A stretch of 64,000 nt of DNA, from positions 4,808 through 68,807 of the forward strand of contig JBDRDJ010000011.1 in NCBI GenBank assembly GCA_043820815.1, read 5' to 3'. The translations under genes were made by a program, and so were the position numbers. The number at the start of each line of letters is the position of its first letter. Positions within the stretch are counted from its first letter, which is position 1. A model generated the notes under the pieces. It ran no database searches. It saw nothing but the letters and a program-made list of their open reading frames with translations, and was not told where the DNA came from. Below are positions 1-9,306 of the stretch, in pieces. The stretch is from Candidatus Omnitrophota bacterium (GTDB lineage: Bacteria > Omnitrophota > Gorgyraeia > Duberdicusellales > 4484-171).

Positions 1-1
1 T

Positions 2-3000
2 TCCCAATACACGGTATTCGCCTATAACTATGTTCACGATAACGGCAGCTATGAAGAGTTTTTAAGCGATGACGCCTACGGCCCGCAGGACGCGCTCATA
101 ATAGGCAATATCTTTAAAAAACCGCCCTATTCCACAAAAGACTCATTTACGGTTCTTTATGGATACGACAGGCACGGCGGGACAGGGTATTTTATTAACA
201 ATACGATCATCTCAAATCAATCCGGCAGGTGCGCCGGGATAAAATTGTGGGATAACTACGGTACAGGTTTAGACAAAATAGTGCTCTTTAATAATATTAT
301 TTACAACGCCGCTTATGATACAGCTCCGGTTGTAACCGGCGCCCAGCTTAGCCAGATATCCGGTTCTAATAACTGGGTGCAAACTAATGCAGCCGGCCAC
401 AACGGTTTATTAAATACTCTCTTTGGCACGCATCCGGGATTTGTAGATTTTACAGGCGCCGATTACCGCCTGGCATCCGGATCTGCGTGCATAGACTCAG
501 GCAGTGATGATATATCGCCTCTTCCTGAAATGGAATATATCCACCCGCAAGATGCATACTTTAGGCCGGTTGACGGAAATATCGATATAGGCGCATATGA
601 GTATATAACAGGCGCTCTTGGTATAAGTACCCAGTCGCTTCGTAACGCAGAATTAGGCGCGCCTTACTCTCAAACATTTTCTGCTTATGGCGGACTAAAG
701 CCTTATAGATGGTCAATCTCTAAAGGAAGCCTCCCTCAAGGTTTATCTATCAACCAGGAAACAGGTGATATTTCAGGGATACCTCAAGAGACAGGAATAT
801 TTTCTTTTACAGTTACCGCAGCCGATAACACACAACCGCAAAATATATGTTCAAAAGAACTTTACATAACTGTTAAGAGTGAGCTTTCAAAGTTTACAGT
901 ATCGGTTAATGTTTTAGGCCAGGGCGCCTCCAGCCCAAGCGGTAATGTTGTGGTTACCGAGGGAGGCAATATAACCATAACCGCAAACGCACAAATCGGC
1001 CACCATCTTAAGGATATTGTGGTAGACGGGGTAAGCATGGGTGTTGTATCGCCGTTTGTCACGTTTAAAGATATTGATTCAAATCATACAGTAAATATCA
1101 TATTTGAAATTAATACCTATACATTAGATATAAAAGCTCTAAACGGCCAGGTCATTATAAGGCCTGATTTGCCTGAGTATGACCATGGCACAGTGGTTGA
1201 GCTTGAGCCTATAACTGATCAGGGGTATGGATTTGTAGAATGGTCAGGGCACTTAAGCGGCATATCTGTTCCGGCGCAAATTGTGATGGAGGGTAAAAGA
1301 GCGGTTACCGCAAACTTCAGTCAATATAGAGAAGGGTATGTAACCGAAGTAGATTCAGCTGAAAGCTTACAGGCAGCGCTCAACGAGGCTTATCCCGGAG
1401 ATACCATACTTATCGCTGACGGAACATATAACCTCAGTGCAGCTATTATAACTACTCTGGGCGGAACGCGCGATTACCCTATTACAATAAAGGCGAAGAA
1501 TAGCCGCAAAGCAATATTAACAAGAAAAGGAAGGGTAATTGAGTTTAATAAACCAAATTACAGGATTGAAGGCGTGGTTATTGACGGACAATACAGCACG
1601 ACAAATGGTATATTCAGGGTGCAGACCGCCGCGCACGGGTTATACATCAAAGATTGTGTTATCAAAAATAACATGCGCCATATCGTTAATATGACCAGCC
1701 CAAATGGCGTGATTGTGGATAGTTGTGAGATATACAACGCCTACTGGTTTAGGTTTGAGGAAGGGAAACCAGTGAGGGATGACGCTCACGGCATATCAAC
1801 AGAAGGAGCCACAAACTTAATTATTATAAATACCTCTATTCATGACGTATCTGGTGACTGTCTCCAGCCCGAATACGGCAACTGGGACAATATCTTAGTC
1901 GAGAATTGCCATTTTTATAATGCCCCTGTTACATATGAGAATGCCAGGGCTGTGGGTGAATCCATGGGCCTTACGAGAGTTGATTTAGACATCTTTACAG
2001 GAGACAAGGTTTTAAATACTAATAGCGATCCCAGCGATGACGACAGCGGGCTTACCGGTAAATGGCCGGGTGAGAATGCCATAGATACAAAGTCAAACGC
2101 GCCTCAGGTTAGAGGGCGTATAATCTTGCGAAATTCAGTCTTTAACGGCTGGCACAGTGAGTATATAACTAATTGCGCCGCTTTAAATTTAAAGATGAAT
2201 ATAGATGCGGAAGTTGAGAACTGCACGCTCTATGATAATGAGATTGCCTTTCGCCTTCGCGGAAGAGACTCAGCCCCTGACGGAGCGTTTGTGACGGTCA
2301 AAAACTGCGTTATTTATGATAACCAGTATGCTATACGCTCCGAGGACAGCATAAGGTATCTCCATGTATGGAACAATACATTCGGGCTCGGGAATATAAA
2401 CCCATATATAAGAGTCAGCGGCAACCTGCATGAGACATTCCAGGCGTATAATAATCTTTTTATAAACAGTGTTGTTCCAGCCGATTTTACAGACGCCTCC
2501 AATTTAACTCTTGATACATCAAGTGTAGTTGATGTAAACAGCAATGATTATCACCTTGCTGCAAATTCTTTGGCAATCGACGCAGGTATTAATTTATCCG
2601 AAGTAACCGATGACAAAGACGGAAATCCAAGGCCTTATGGCTTAGGTTATGATATTGGATCTTATGAATATGTAGAAGGCCCCCAGCCTGATACCTACAC
2701 CATAACTGCAACTGCCGGATTAGGCGGTTCAATAAGCCCAAGCGGAGAAGTTTTAGTAACTCAAGGCGGAAGCAAGACCTTTACCATAACAGCTGATAGA
2801 GGCTACCGCATAGAAGATGTATTTGTGGGAGGGGTTTCCAAAGGGCCGATTTCAACATACACATTTGAAAACGTAACCTCTGATAAATTCATCCACGCAG
2901 ACTTTACAGGAGAAATAGTTGATCAATATACAATAACTATTTCTCCTCAACCTCAAAATGGCACAATAGTTATAACTCCCGCAGGCGGCATATATGATGA

Positions 3001-6000
3001 AGGCACGGTTGTTACAGTTGCGGCTAAGCCCGCAAGCGGCTATGTTTTTGAGAAATGGTCAGGCAGCCTGTCAGGAAGCAGTGCCGCCCAAACAATAACC
3101 ATGAACTCCAATAAAACTATATCAGCAAGCTTCTTAGATACAACAGGTAACTTTATCCTGTCGGTTGATATCATAGGTAAAGGTAAAGTTACCCTCAACC
3201 CTTCAAGCCCGGCAGGGTATGCCTATAACACCAAGGTTGAGGCAACAGCTGTGCCTGATGAGGGTTATGAATTCCTGGGATGGGCAGGGGATTTTCCGTC
3301 TAGGCAATACTATATCAGTCCCATAACAGTGTGCATGGATAGAAATAAAGAGATAACCGCTGTATTTAACTGGGTAGGCACAGGTGTTATTACAAGGGGG
3401 CCGTATCTACAGCCCACTGAAGATATGGAGACATCTATAGGTGTAGCGTTCAGAACTTCTTCTGAGAAGGAAGCTGCTATACATTATGGAATCGGGACAG
3501 TGGAAGAAAACACGGCAGTTTCGCCTGCAGAGACAAATCATTACATTATTCTTACAGGCCTTGAGCCTGGAGCGAGATATATGTATAAGGTGGTCTGCGG
3601 TGATGAAGAAACACCCGTTTACTCGTTCAGGACGTCTTCTCCTAACGGATACTACGAGAATCCTGGGATAGGAGAGCCTGAATCCGTTAAGATCCTCGTG
3701 GGTTCTGACTGGCATTTTGGCGGGGACGGACAAAAGACGAATTTCCTGCATGTGTATAGGGATATGTTGAAATTCGATCCCGATGTTATATTTAACACAG
3801 GCGATATAGTGAATATCGGGAATCACCTGTATGAATATGATGACCTTTTCAATACCTGCCGTGAACTTTTCGCTACGGCTGTTCTCGCGCCCACAACAGG
3901 CAACCATGAGTGGGCTTATGATGACGATCTTGAAGTGTATGTAGAACAGTATTATCTTCCGGAAAACGGCCCGGAAGGATATAAGGAGCGCACCTACAGT
4001 TTTAACTATGGCGGCGTGCACTTTGTGTCTGTTGATAGCGGGTATAAGAATTGCGAAGACTGGGCAAAAGACGACTTAGCCGCCGCGAAACAGGGGGGCA
4101 TAAATTTTATTTTTACCGGTATGCACTATCCGGCCTACCTGGATACCTATTGGGACCGCGCGCTTTCCGGCAGTGAATATTACAAGACAATTGATGACGA
4201 GTACGGAGTCGATATACAGTTCGGCGGCCACCGCCACATGTACCAGAGGACATATCCTCTGTTGAGCAATCCTTACAATATTCCGCAAAAAGTTACCGAA
4301 TGGGGAATAATTACAACCCCGGCAAGCGGGGACCCGGATGCTGACCCCAGCGACCTTGATATTGGCCGAGCTTACGGCGCGGATGTTGAAGGCACTATCT
4401 ATGTGCAAAATCGTTCTTTATGGTACAGCAAGCCCATAGGTTACCCTGATCTGCATTATGCCGATCCCGGAGAGAAGACAGGGTTAGGTTTTACGGAAGT
4501 AGAGATCACCGGCAAAGTATGTAAGGCGGAAGCGCTATATTATTCAAAAGATGATCGTGGGATAGGAGCAGACACTTATGTAGAAGATCGCTATGTTATA
4601 GATAAAACTAAAAATACAGAAGAGGATGTACCCGTAATATCGGATGTAAATGTTGCGCGGGTAGGGGGCTTCACGGCGGTTATCGAGTGGCAAAGCGATA
4701 TATCAAGCAGGAGCCTGGTTGAGTTCGGGACATCACCCGGTGAATATAAATATGTGGATATCAGAGAAGATCATAGACAGGTCTTTGAGACAAGCCATAA
4801 AGCCGTACTCCAATGCCTTACGCCAGAGACTACATATTATTTCAGGGTTAAGTCCCGGCGCGCGGGCAAAGAAGGCGTGAGCGAAGAGTATTCCTTTACC
4901 ACTTTGCCTGTAAGCAAAGGAGATGAGGCGGGAGAGTTTGACTTTGGAGGCATAATGTATATGCCGCAAGGCGTAAGGGTATCCACGAACTACTATGAAG
5001 AATCACTGCGCCAGGGATGGATTATACCCGGCTGGCCCTGGCATGTCGGACTCTATACGGCCGGCGGCCATCCGGCAGATAAAGACGACGCTGATGCGAC
5101 AAAGACCTTCCGCTATCGCCAGAACGATGCCTTTCCGGCTACCTGGCGCGCAGCATTACCCAATGGCAAATATGACGTTGAGGTTACCTCATCAAGCGGA
5201 GGATATTTCTTCGGCGATACGCGCATCATCATTGAAGACGGCCAGGGTAAGTTGGAATTTCAAACGCCCGAAGGTACGATAGACGATAGATACCAGGCAA
5301 AGAGAGTCTGGTTGGGCCCTGTTGAGATCAAGGATGGATTCCTCGACCTTTTGGTAGGATATGGCGAGAGCGGTTATTATAGAAATTCCGTAATAAGCAG
5401 GGTACGAATATGGGCCGCAGGGTATTATGACGAAGACAACCAACCGGATATCATACCTCCTGCTCATGTAACGGACCTTAAGATTACCGATGTGGCGCTT
5501 GATGAGGCAACAGGTAAATACAACGCTACCCTTGAATGGACAGCACCCGGAGATGACGGTAATACAGGAAAGGCAAAGGAATACGATATACGTTACTACC
5601 ATTATCTTGGAGGAAGTTATTATTGGGGTGGTTACGCTAATCATGTTGAGGATGAGCCCGAGCCTGCTTTAGCCGGCACGGCTCAAACATTAGTCATAAG
5701 CGGCCTCAACAAAGGATGGGATTACAGTTTTGTAATGAAGGTTATAGATGACGCGGGTAATATTTCTCCATTCTCAAATGAAGTAGCGTTAAGGCCGGAC
5801 ATTGAGCCTCTGACCTTAGGTGTAATGCTTACGGCTGACCCCGTATCAGGCAGCGCTCCTCTCGAAGGAGTATCGTTAAAAGCGGATGTTTACGGCACGC
5901 AGGATGGAAATATAACTTACTATTTCCAGTCAAACAATAGCAGTGGGAGTTTCAAGACCATAAGCAGCGAGGCAACATTCGAGAATGTCGCAGAAACAAG

Positions 6001-9000
6001 TATGACCGCAGAGAATATCGGAAACTACCAAAAACCCTATACCTATTATGGTAAGGTAGTGGTAAAAAGAGGCCCTCTACAGGCCGAAAACAGGGTAGCC
6101 ATAACCGTAACAGGCGACCTTGACATGACCCCGCCGTCACGCGTGAGCGATCTCTCTGTGCCGGCAACAACTGATACGAGCATTACGCTGAAATGGACAG
6201 CGCCCGGTGATGATGGAACTGTGGGCAGAGCTGCTATTTATGATTTGCGCTATTCCTTATCCGAGATAGCCTCTGATTCAGCTTATGATAACGCGTTCCA
6301 TACACAAGGTGAGCCTTTTCCTAATACCGCGGGAAAGACAGAAACATTTGAGGTAACCGGCCTTATTCCCAACACACGTTATTACTTCGCTATCAAAGTA
6401 AAAGACGAGGCGATTAATCTAAGCGCGTTAAGCAATACCGTAAGCGCCACAACATCAGAGCCGCCTCCACAGGTTACCTATTACAACCTTACGGCAAACA
6501 CCCAGGGAACCGGTTCTGTTATGCTTAACCCCGCAGGCGGCAGATACATAGAAGGAACCACAGTCACATTAACAGCTCAGCCTGCTTCAGGCTGGACATT
6601 CCAAAGCTGGTCAGGCAGTCTTTCAGGAACCGCAAACCCTCAAACCCTCACCATGGACTCCAACAAAACCATAACCGCAGCCTTTACCCAGACGCCGGTT
6701 ACAAGCCACACCATTGTTGCAACCGCAGGTTCTGGGGGAACAATTACTCCAAGCGGTGAGGTTCAGGTTGAAGCCGGCTTAAGCAAGACTTTTAGCATAA
6801 CAGCCAACACAGGCCATCACATATTAGACGTATTTGCCGGCGGCCAATCACAAGGCCCGCTGTCAACATATACCTTTAATAATGTAACCTATGATAAATT
6901 CATCCACGCAACTTTTGAAAAAGATACTTACAACCTAACTATTCAATCAACAAACGGCTCAATTACTCTAAATCCCAACCAGGCAACCTATGATTACGGA
7001 ACACAAGTTATCCTAACTGCAATATCTGACTCAGGCTATCAATTCACAGGCTGGAGTGGTAGTGCAAGCGGAACAACTAATCCAATAACCATCACAATGG
7101 ATTCGGATAAAACAATAACCGCTAACTTCTCAATTAAAACATACGCAATCACATCTTCATCAAACAGCGGAGGAACCATAACTCCTTTAGGATCAGTAAG
7201 CAAAGAACACAACCAAAACCAAACCTACACAATCGCACCTCAAACAGGCTGCCACATCGAAGATGTGGTAGTTGATGGTGTATCAGCCGGTGTAATTGAA
7301 AGTTACACATTCACAAACATATCAGCTAATCATTCAATCGAAGCCGTATTTGGAATAAACACCTATACAATAAAGGTGTCTTCTAAGGAAGGAGGAAGCA
7401 TATCGCCTTCAGGAGAAGTTGTGGTAAGCCACGGAAATAACCAAGATTTTAAAATTACCCCAAATAGCGGTTATCATATAGATGATGTTATTGTTGATGG
7501 AGCATCTAAAGGCGAAATATCAACTTACACATTTACCAACGTAACAGAAAATGGCCATACAATTGAGGCAATCTTCATAGACAGAACTCCTCCTGAAATA
7601 ATCATAACTTCTCATTCAAACGGAAGCTTAACCAATCAAACAAGCATAACCTTACAAGGAACAATTGACGGAACTCCTTTTAGCGAAGCAAGGCAATTAC
7701 CTAATGAAGGAAATAACACAATCACAAGAGAAGCCGTTGACCAGGCCGGTAACCGCGCATCAGTATCAATTACTATAGTAAGAGATACAATCGCACCATC
7801 TGCCCCAACCTTAGAAAAGATCACCCCTAACTTAAACAAAGGTTATACGCGCAGCCAGAACATAAATATATCGGGAACAAAAGAAGCCGGCTCTTCTATA
7901 CTTATTAATCAGGCAGAAGTAATTGGTATTGACTCATCAACTTTATGGGAGCACCGCTATCAGTTAGAAGAAGGGCCAAATACTTTAACCATAACCTCAA
8001 GAGACAGAGCCTTTAATGTAAGCAGTCCGATTACTCAAGATGTAACCCTTAAGACAAAAGTAAAAATAATCCCGGTGGGGCCGATAAAGAATATTCTTAA
8101 CTCCCAGGACCTAATCCAAGGCACACAAGACATAATTCTAACCTATACCGTAGATGATGGCGCAGCTCTTTTAACCCAAAGAGCAACCTTAAGCGAAGGC
8201 CAAAATGCAGTAACCATAGAAGCAGAGGATTTCTTAGGCAACAGGGAGTCTTTATCTCAAGACTACATCCTGGATACAACTCCTCCTATAATAAGCATAA
8301 CCTCTAATCAGACAGTTGAGGTTTCGCCTGCCCTGGTAGAAGGTAAAGTAGAGGATTCTTTAAGCCAAGTTAAGGAATTTAAAATTAACGGCCAGCTAAT
8401 CTCATTAAAAGCAAACAGCTTCTCTGAAAGTGTTGCCTTAAGAGACGGCCTTAATACGATTATTTTAGAAGCAGAAGATAATGCCGGTAACGAAGCTACA
8501 GAGACCGCATTCATAACTTATAACGCATTAGAAATAGTTGAATCAGATTTTTCCTCTGCATCTTCTTCATCATCATCAGATAGGATAATTGCCCATATCT
8601 ACAGGCCAAGAAACTATAAAAGCAATTTAGATGGCACATCTAAAGATAGCCTAAACAATAGAAAATTAGAAAGTCAAGAAAGTAGATTATTAAACTCATC
8701 TTCCGAAGGCTCCGGCGATAAAACTTCCGGCATAGACGATGTCTATCCGGAGGCAAAAGATAATTACAGGGATTACCCAAGAGATAGTTATTTAAAAACC
8801 AGCGAAAAACCCGCGCTAAAAGAATCCACTAACAAAAAACAACCAGAAAGAAAAAAGATAACTCTCAGGAAAGATGTAAATATAGCAGGTAATAAAATAC
8901 CGCCTGAGCCTGTAAAATCTTTAACTATGACGGAAAAAGAAGAAACCGGAAAAACACAAATAATAATTAAGGCGTTCCTTACCAAGAAGATTTTCTTATG

Positions 9001-9220
9001 GAGAAGGTATAAGCTGGAATCAGGAGAAGGCTATCCTAAGGCCGTGCGTTTTGAGCTTGTCAAAAGCCACAAGCTTCCCAAAACCCTTAATCTCAACAAA
9101 GAAAAAGGCACAATATACGGCTTTGTATGGGGTAAGCCAATGACATTAAATCTTGAACTTATTGTGACTTTAGAGGATGGCAGTAAGGTTGATGCCACCT
9201 GCGAAATAGAATTAAAATAA
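2..9220 (+). CDS. Giant multidomain secreted/surface protein, 5'-truncated by the window edge (beta-helix, Ig-like, InlB-B-type repeats, FN3, metallophosphoesterase, Ser/Lys-rich tail)
   Basis: Frame 2 has no stop from nt 2 to the TTG at 245 that the ORF track used, so the gene continues upstream. Translation shows DYRLxxxSxxIDxG...DIGAYEY beta-helix caps (twice), about 10 copies of ~70-aa GGxIxPxG / GYxFxxWSGxxSG repeats, 3 FN3 modules with TAPGDDG, and a full metallophosphatase motif set. Confidence 0.85.
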   Translation, partial: SQYTVFAYNYVHDNGSYEEFLSDDAYGPQDALIIGNIFKKPPYSTKDSFTVLYGYDRHGGTGYFINNTIISNQSGRCAGIKLWDNYGTGLDKIVLFNNIIYNAAYDTAPVVTGAQLSQISGSNNWVQTNAAGHNGLLNTLFGTHPGFVDFTGADYRLASGSACIDSGSDDISPLPEMEYIHPQDAYFRPVDGNIDIGAYEYITGALGISTQSLRNAELGAPYSQTFSAYGGLKPYRWSISKGSLPQGLSINQETGDISGIPQETGIFSFTVTAADNTQPQNICSKELYITVKSELSKFTVSVNVLGQGASSPSGNVVVTEGGNITITANAQIGHHLKDIVVDGVSMGVVSPFVTFKDIDSNHTVNIIFEINTYTLDIKALNGQVIIRPDLPEYDHGTVVELEPITDQGYGFVEWSGHLSGISVPAQIVMEGKRAVTANFSQYREGYVTEVDSAESLQAALNEAYPGDTILIADGTYNLSAAIITTLGGTRDYPITIKAKNSRKAILTRKGRVIEFNKPNYRIEGVVIDGQYSTTNGIFRVQTAAHGLYIKDCVIKNNMRHIVNMTSPNGVIVDSCEIYNAYWFRFEEGKPVRDDAHGISTEGATNLIIINTSIHDVSGDCLQPEYGNWDNILVENCHFYNAPVTYENARAVGESMGLTRVDLDIFTGDKVLNTNSDPSDDDSGLTGKWPGENAIDTKSNAPQVRGRIILRNSVFNGWHSEYITNCAALNLKMNIDAEVENCTLYDNEIAFRLRGRDSAPDGAFVTVKNCVIYDNQYAIRSEDSIRYLHVWNNTFGLGNINPYIRVSGNLHETFQAYNNLFINSVVPADFTDASNLTLDTSSVVDVNSNDYHLAANSLAIDAGINLSEVTDDKDGNPRPYGLGYDIGSYEYVEGPQPDTYTITATAGLGGSISPSGEVLVTQGGSKTFTITADRGYRIEDVFVGGVSKGPISTYTFENVTSDKFIHADFTGEIVDQYTITISPQPQNGTIVITPAGGIYDEGTVVTVAAKPASGYVFEKWSGSLSGSSAAQTITMNSNKTISASFLDTTGNFILSVDIIGKGKVTLNPSSPAGYAYNTKVEATAVPDEGYEFLGWAGDFPSRQYYISPITVCMDRNKEITAVFNWVGTGVITRGPYLQPTEDMETSIGVAFRTSSEKEAAIHYGIGTVEENTAVSPAETNHYIILTGLEPGARYMYKVVCGDEETPVYSFRTSSPNGYYENPGIGEPESVKILVGSDWHFGGDGQKTNFLHVYRDMLKFDPDVIFNTGDIVNIGNHLYEYDDLFNTCRELFATAVLAPTTGNHEWAYDDDLEVYVEQYYLPENGPEGYKERTYSFNYGGVHFVSVDSGYKNCEDWAKDDLAAAKQGGINFIFTGMHYPAYLDTYWDRALSGSEYYKTIDDEYGVDIQFGGHRHMYQRTYPLLSNPYNIPQKVTEWGIITTPASGDPDADPSDLDIGRAYGADVEGTIYVQNRSLWYSKPIGYPDLHYADPGEKTGLGFTEVEITGKVCKAEALYYSKDDRGIGADTYVEDRYVIDKTKNTEEDVPVISDVNVARVGGFTAVIEWQSDISSRSLVEFGTSPGEYKYVDIREDHRQVFETSHKAVLQCLTPETTYYFRVKSRRAGKEGVSEEYSFTTLPVSKGDEAGEFDFGGIMYMPQGVRVSTNYYEESLRQGWIIPGWPWHVGLYTAGGHPADKDDADATKTFRYRQNDAFPATWRAALPNGKYDVEVTSSSGGYFFGDTRIIIEDGQGKLEFQTPEGTIDDRYQAKRVWLGPVEIKDGFLDLLVGYGESGYYRNSVISRVRIWAAGYYDEDNQPDIIPPAHVTDLKITDVALDEATGKYNATLEWTAPGDDGNTGKAKEYDIRYYHYLGGSYYWGGYANHVEDEPEPALAGTAQTLVISGLNKGWDYSFVMKVIDDAGNISPFSNEVALRPDIEPLTLGVMLTADPVSGSAPLEGVSLKADVYGTQDGNITYYFQSNNSSGSFKTISSEATFENVAETSMTAENIGNYQKPYTYYGKVVVKRGPLQAENRVAITVTGDLDMTPPSRVSDLSVPATTDTSITLKWTAPGDDGTVGRAAIYDLRYSLSEIASDSAYDNAFHTQGEPFPNTAGKTETFEVTGLIPNTRYYFAIKVKDEAINLSALSNTVSATTSEPPPQVTYYNLTANTQGTGSVMLNPAGGRYIEGTTVTLTAQPASGWTFQSWSGSLSGTANPQTLTMDSNKTITAAFTQTPVTSHTIVATAGSGGTITPSGEVQVEAGLSKTFSITANTGHHILDVFAGGQSQGPLSTYTFNNVTYDKFIHATFEKDTYNLTIQSTNGSITLNPNQATYDYGTQVILTAISDSGYQFTGWSGSASGTTNPITITMDSDKTITANFSIKTYAITSSSNSGGTITPLGSVSKEHNQNQTYTIAPQTGCHIEDVVVDGVSAGVIESYTFTNISANHSIEAVFGINTYTIKVSSKEGGSISPSGEVVVSHGNNQDFKITPNSGYHIDDVIVDGASKGEISTYTFTNVTENGHTIEAIFIDRTPPEIIITSHSNGSLTNQTSITLQGTIDGTPFSEARQLPNEGNNTITREAVDQAGNRASVSITIVRDTIAPSAPTLEKITPNLNKGYTRSQNINISGTKEAGSSILINQAEVIGIDSSTLWEHRYQLEEGPNTLTITSRDRAFNVSSPITQDVTLKTKVKIIPVGPIKNILNSQDLIQGTQDIILTYTVDDGAALLTQRATLSEGQNAVTIEAEDFLGNRESLSQDYILDTTPPIISITSNQTVEVSPALVEGKVEDSLSQVKEFKINGQLISLKANSFSESVALRDGLNTIILEAEDNAGNEATETAFITYNALEIVESDFSSASSSSSSDRIIAHIYRPRNYKSNLDGTSKDSLNNRKLESQESRLLNSSSEGSGDKTSGIDDVYPEAKDNYRDYPRDSYLKTSEKPALKESTNKKQPERKKITLRKDVNIAGNKIPPEPVKSLTMTEKEETGKTQIIIKAFLTKKIFLWRRYKLESGEGYPKAVRFELVKSHKLPKTLNLNKEKGTIYGFVWGKPMTLNLELIVTLEDGSKVDATCEIELK

Positions 9221-9271
9221 AAACAATAACCAAAAAAAATAAAGAAATGAAATCCCAAAAGCTCTTTAGTC

Positions 9272-9299
9272 TTGATTAAAAGCCCTGCGATGCTATAAT
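9272..9299 (+). promoter_or_regulatory. Sigma70-type promoter of the secretion operon (TTGATT, 16 nt, TGcTATAAT)
   Basis: TTGATT at 9272-9277. Extended -10 TGcTATAAT ends at 9299. The gspE ATG at 9307 lies 8 nt downstream with no Shine-Dalgarno between them. Confidence 0.45.
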
Positions 9300-9306
9300 T
9301 GAGCTG

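Noticed and set aside
3407-4021. 204-aa minus-strand ORF, plus several other 60-150-aa antisense or out-of-frame ORFs between 862 and 9258
   Set aside because: All lie inside the giant plus-strand gene, whose translation shows strong domain signatures. The antisense translations are low-complexity with no motifs. They are shadow ORFs.
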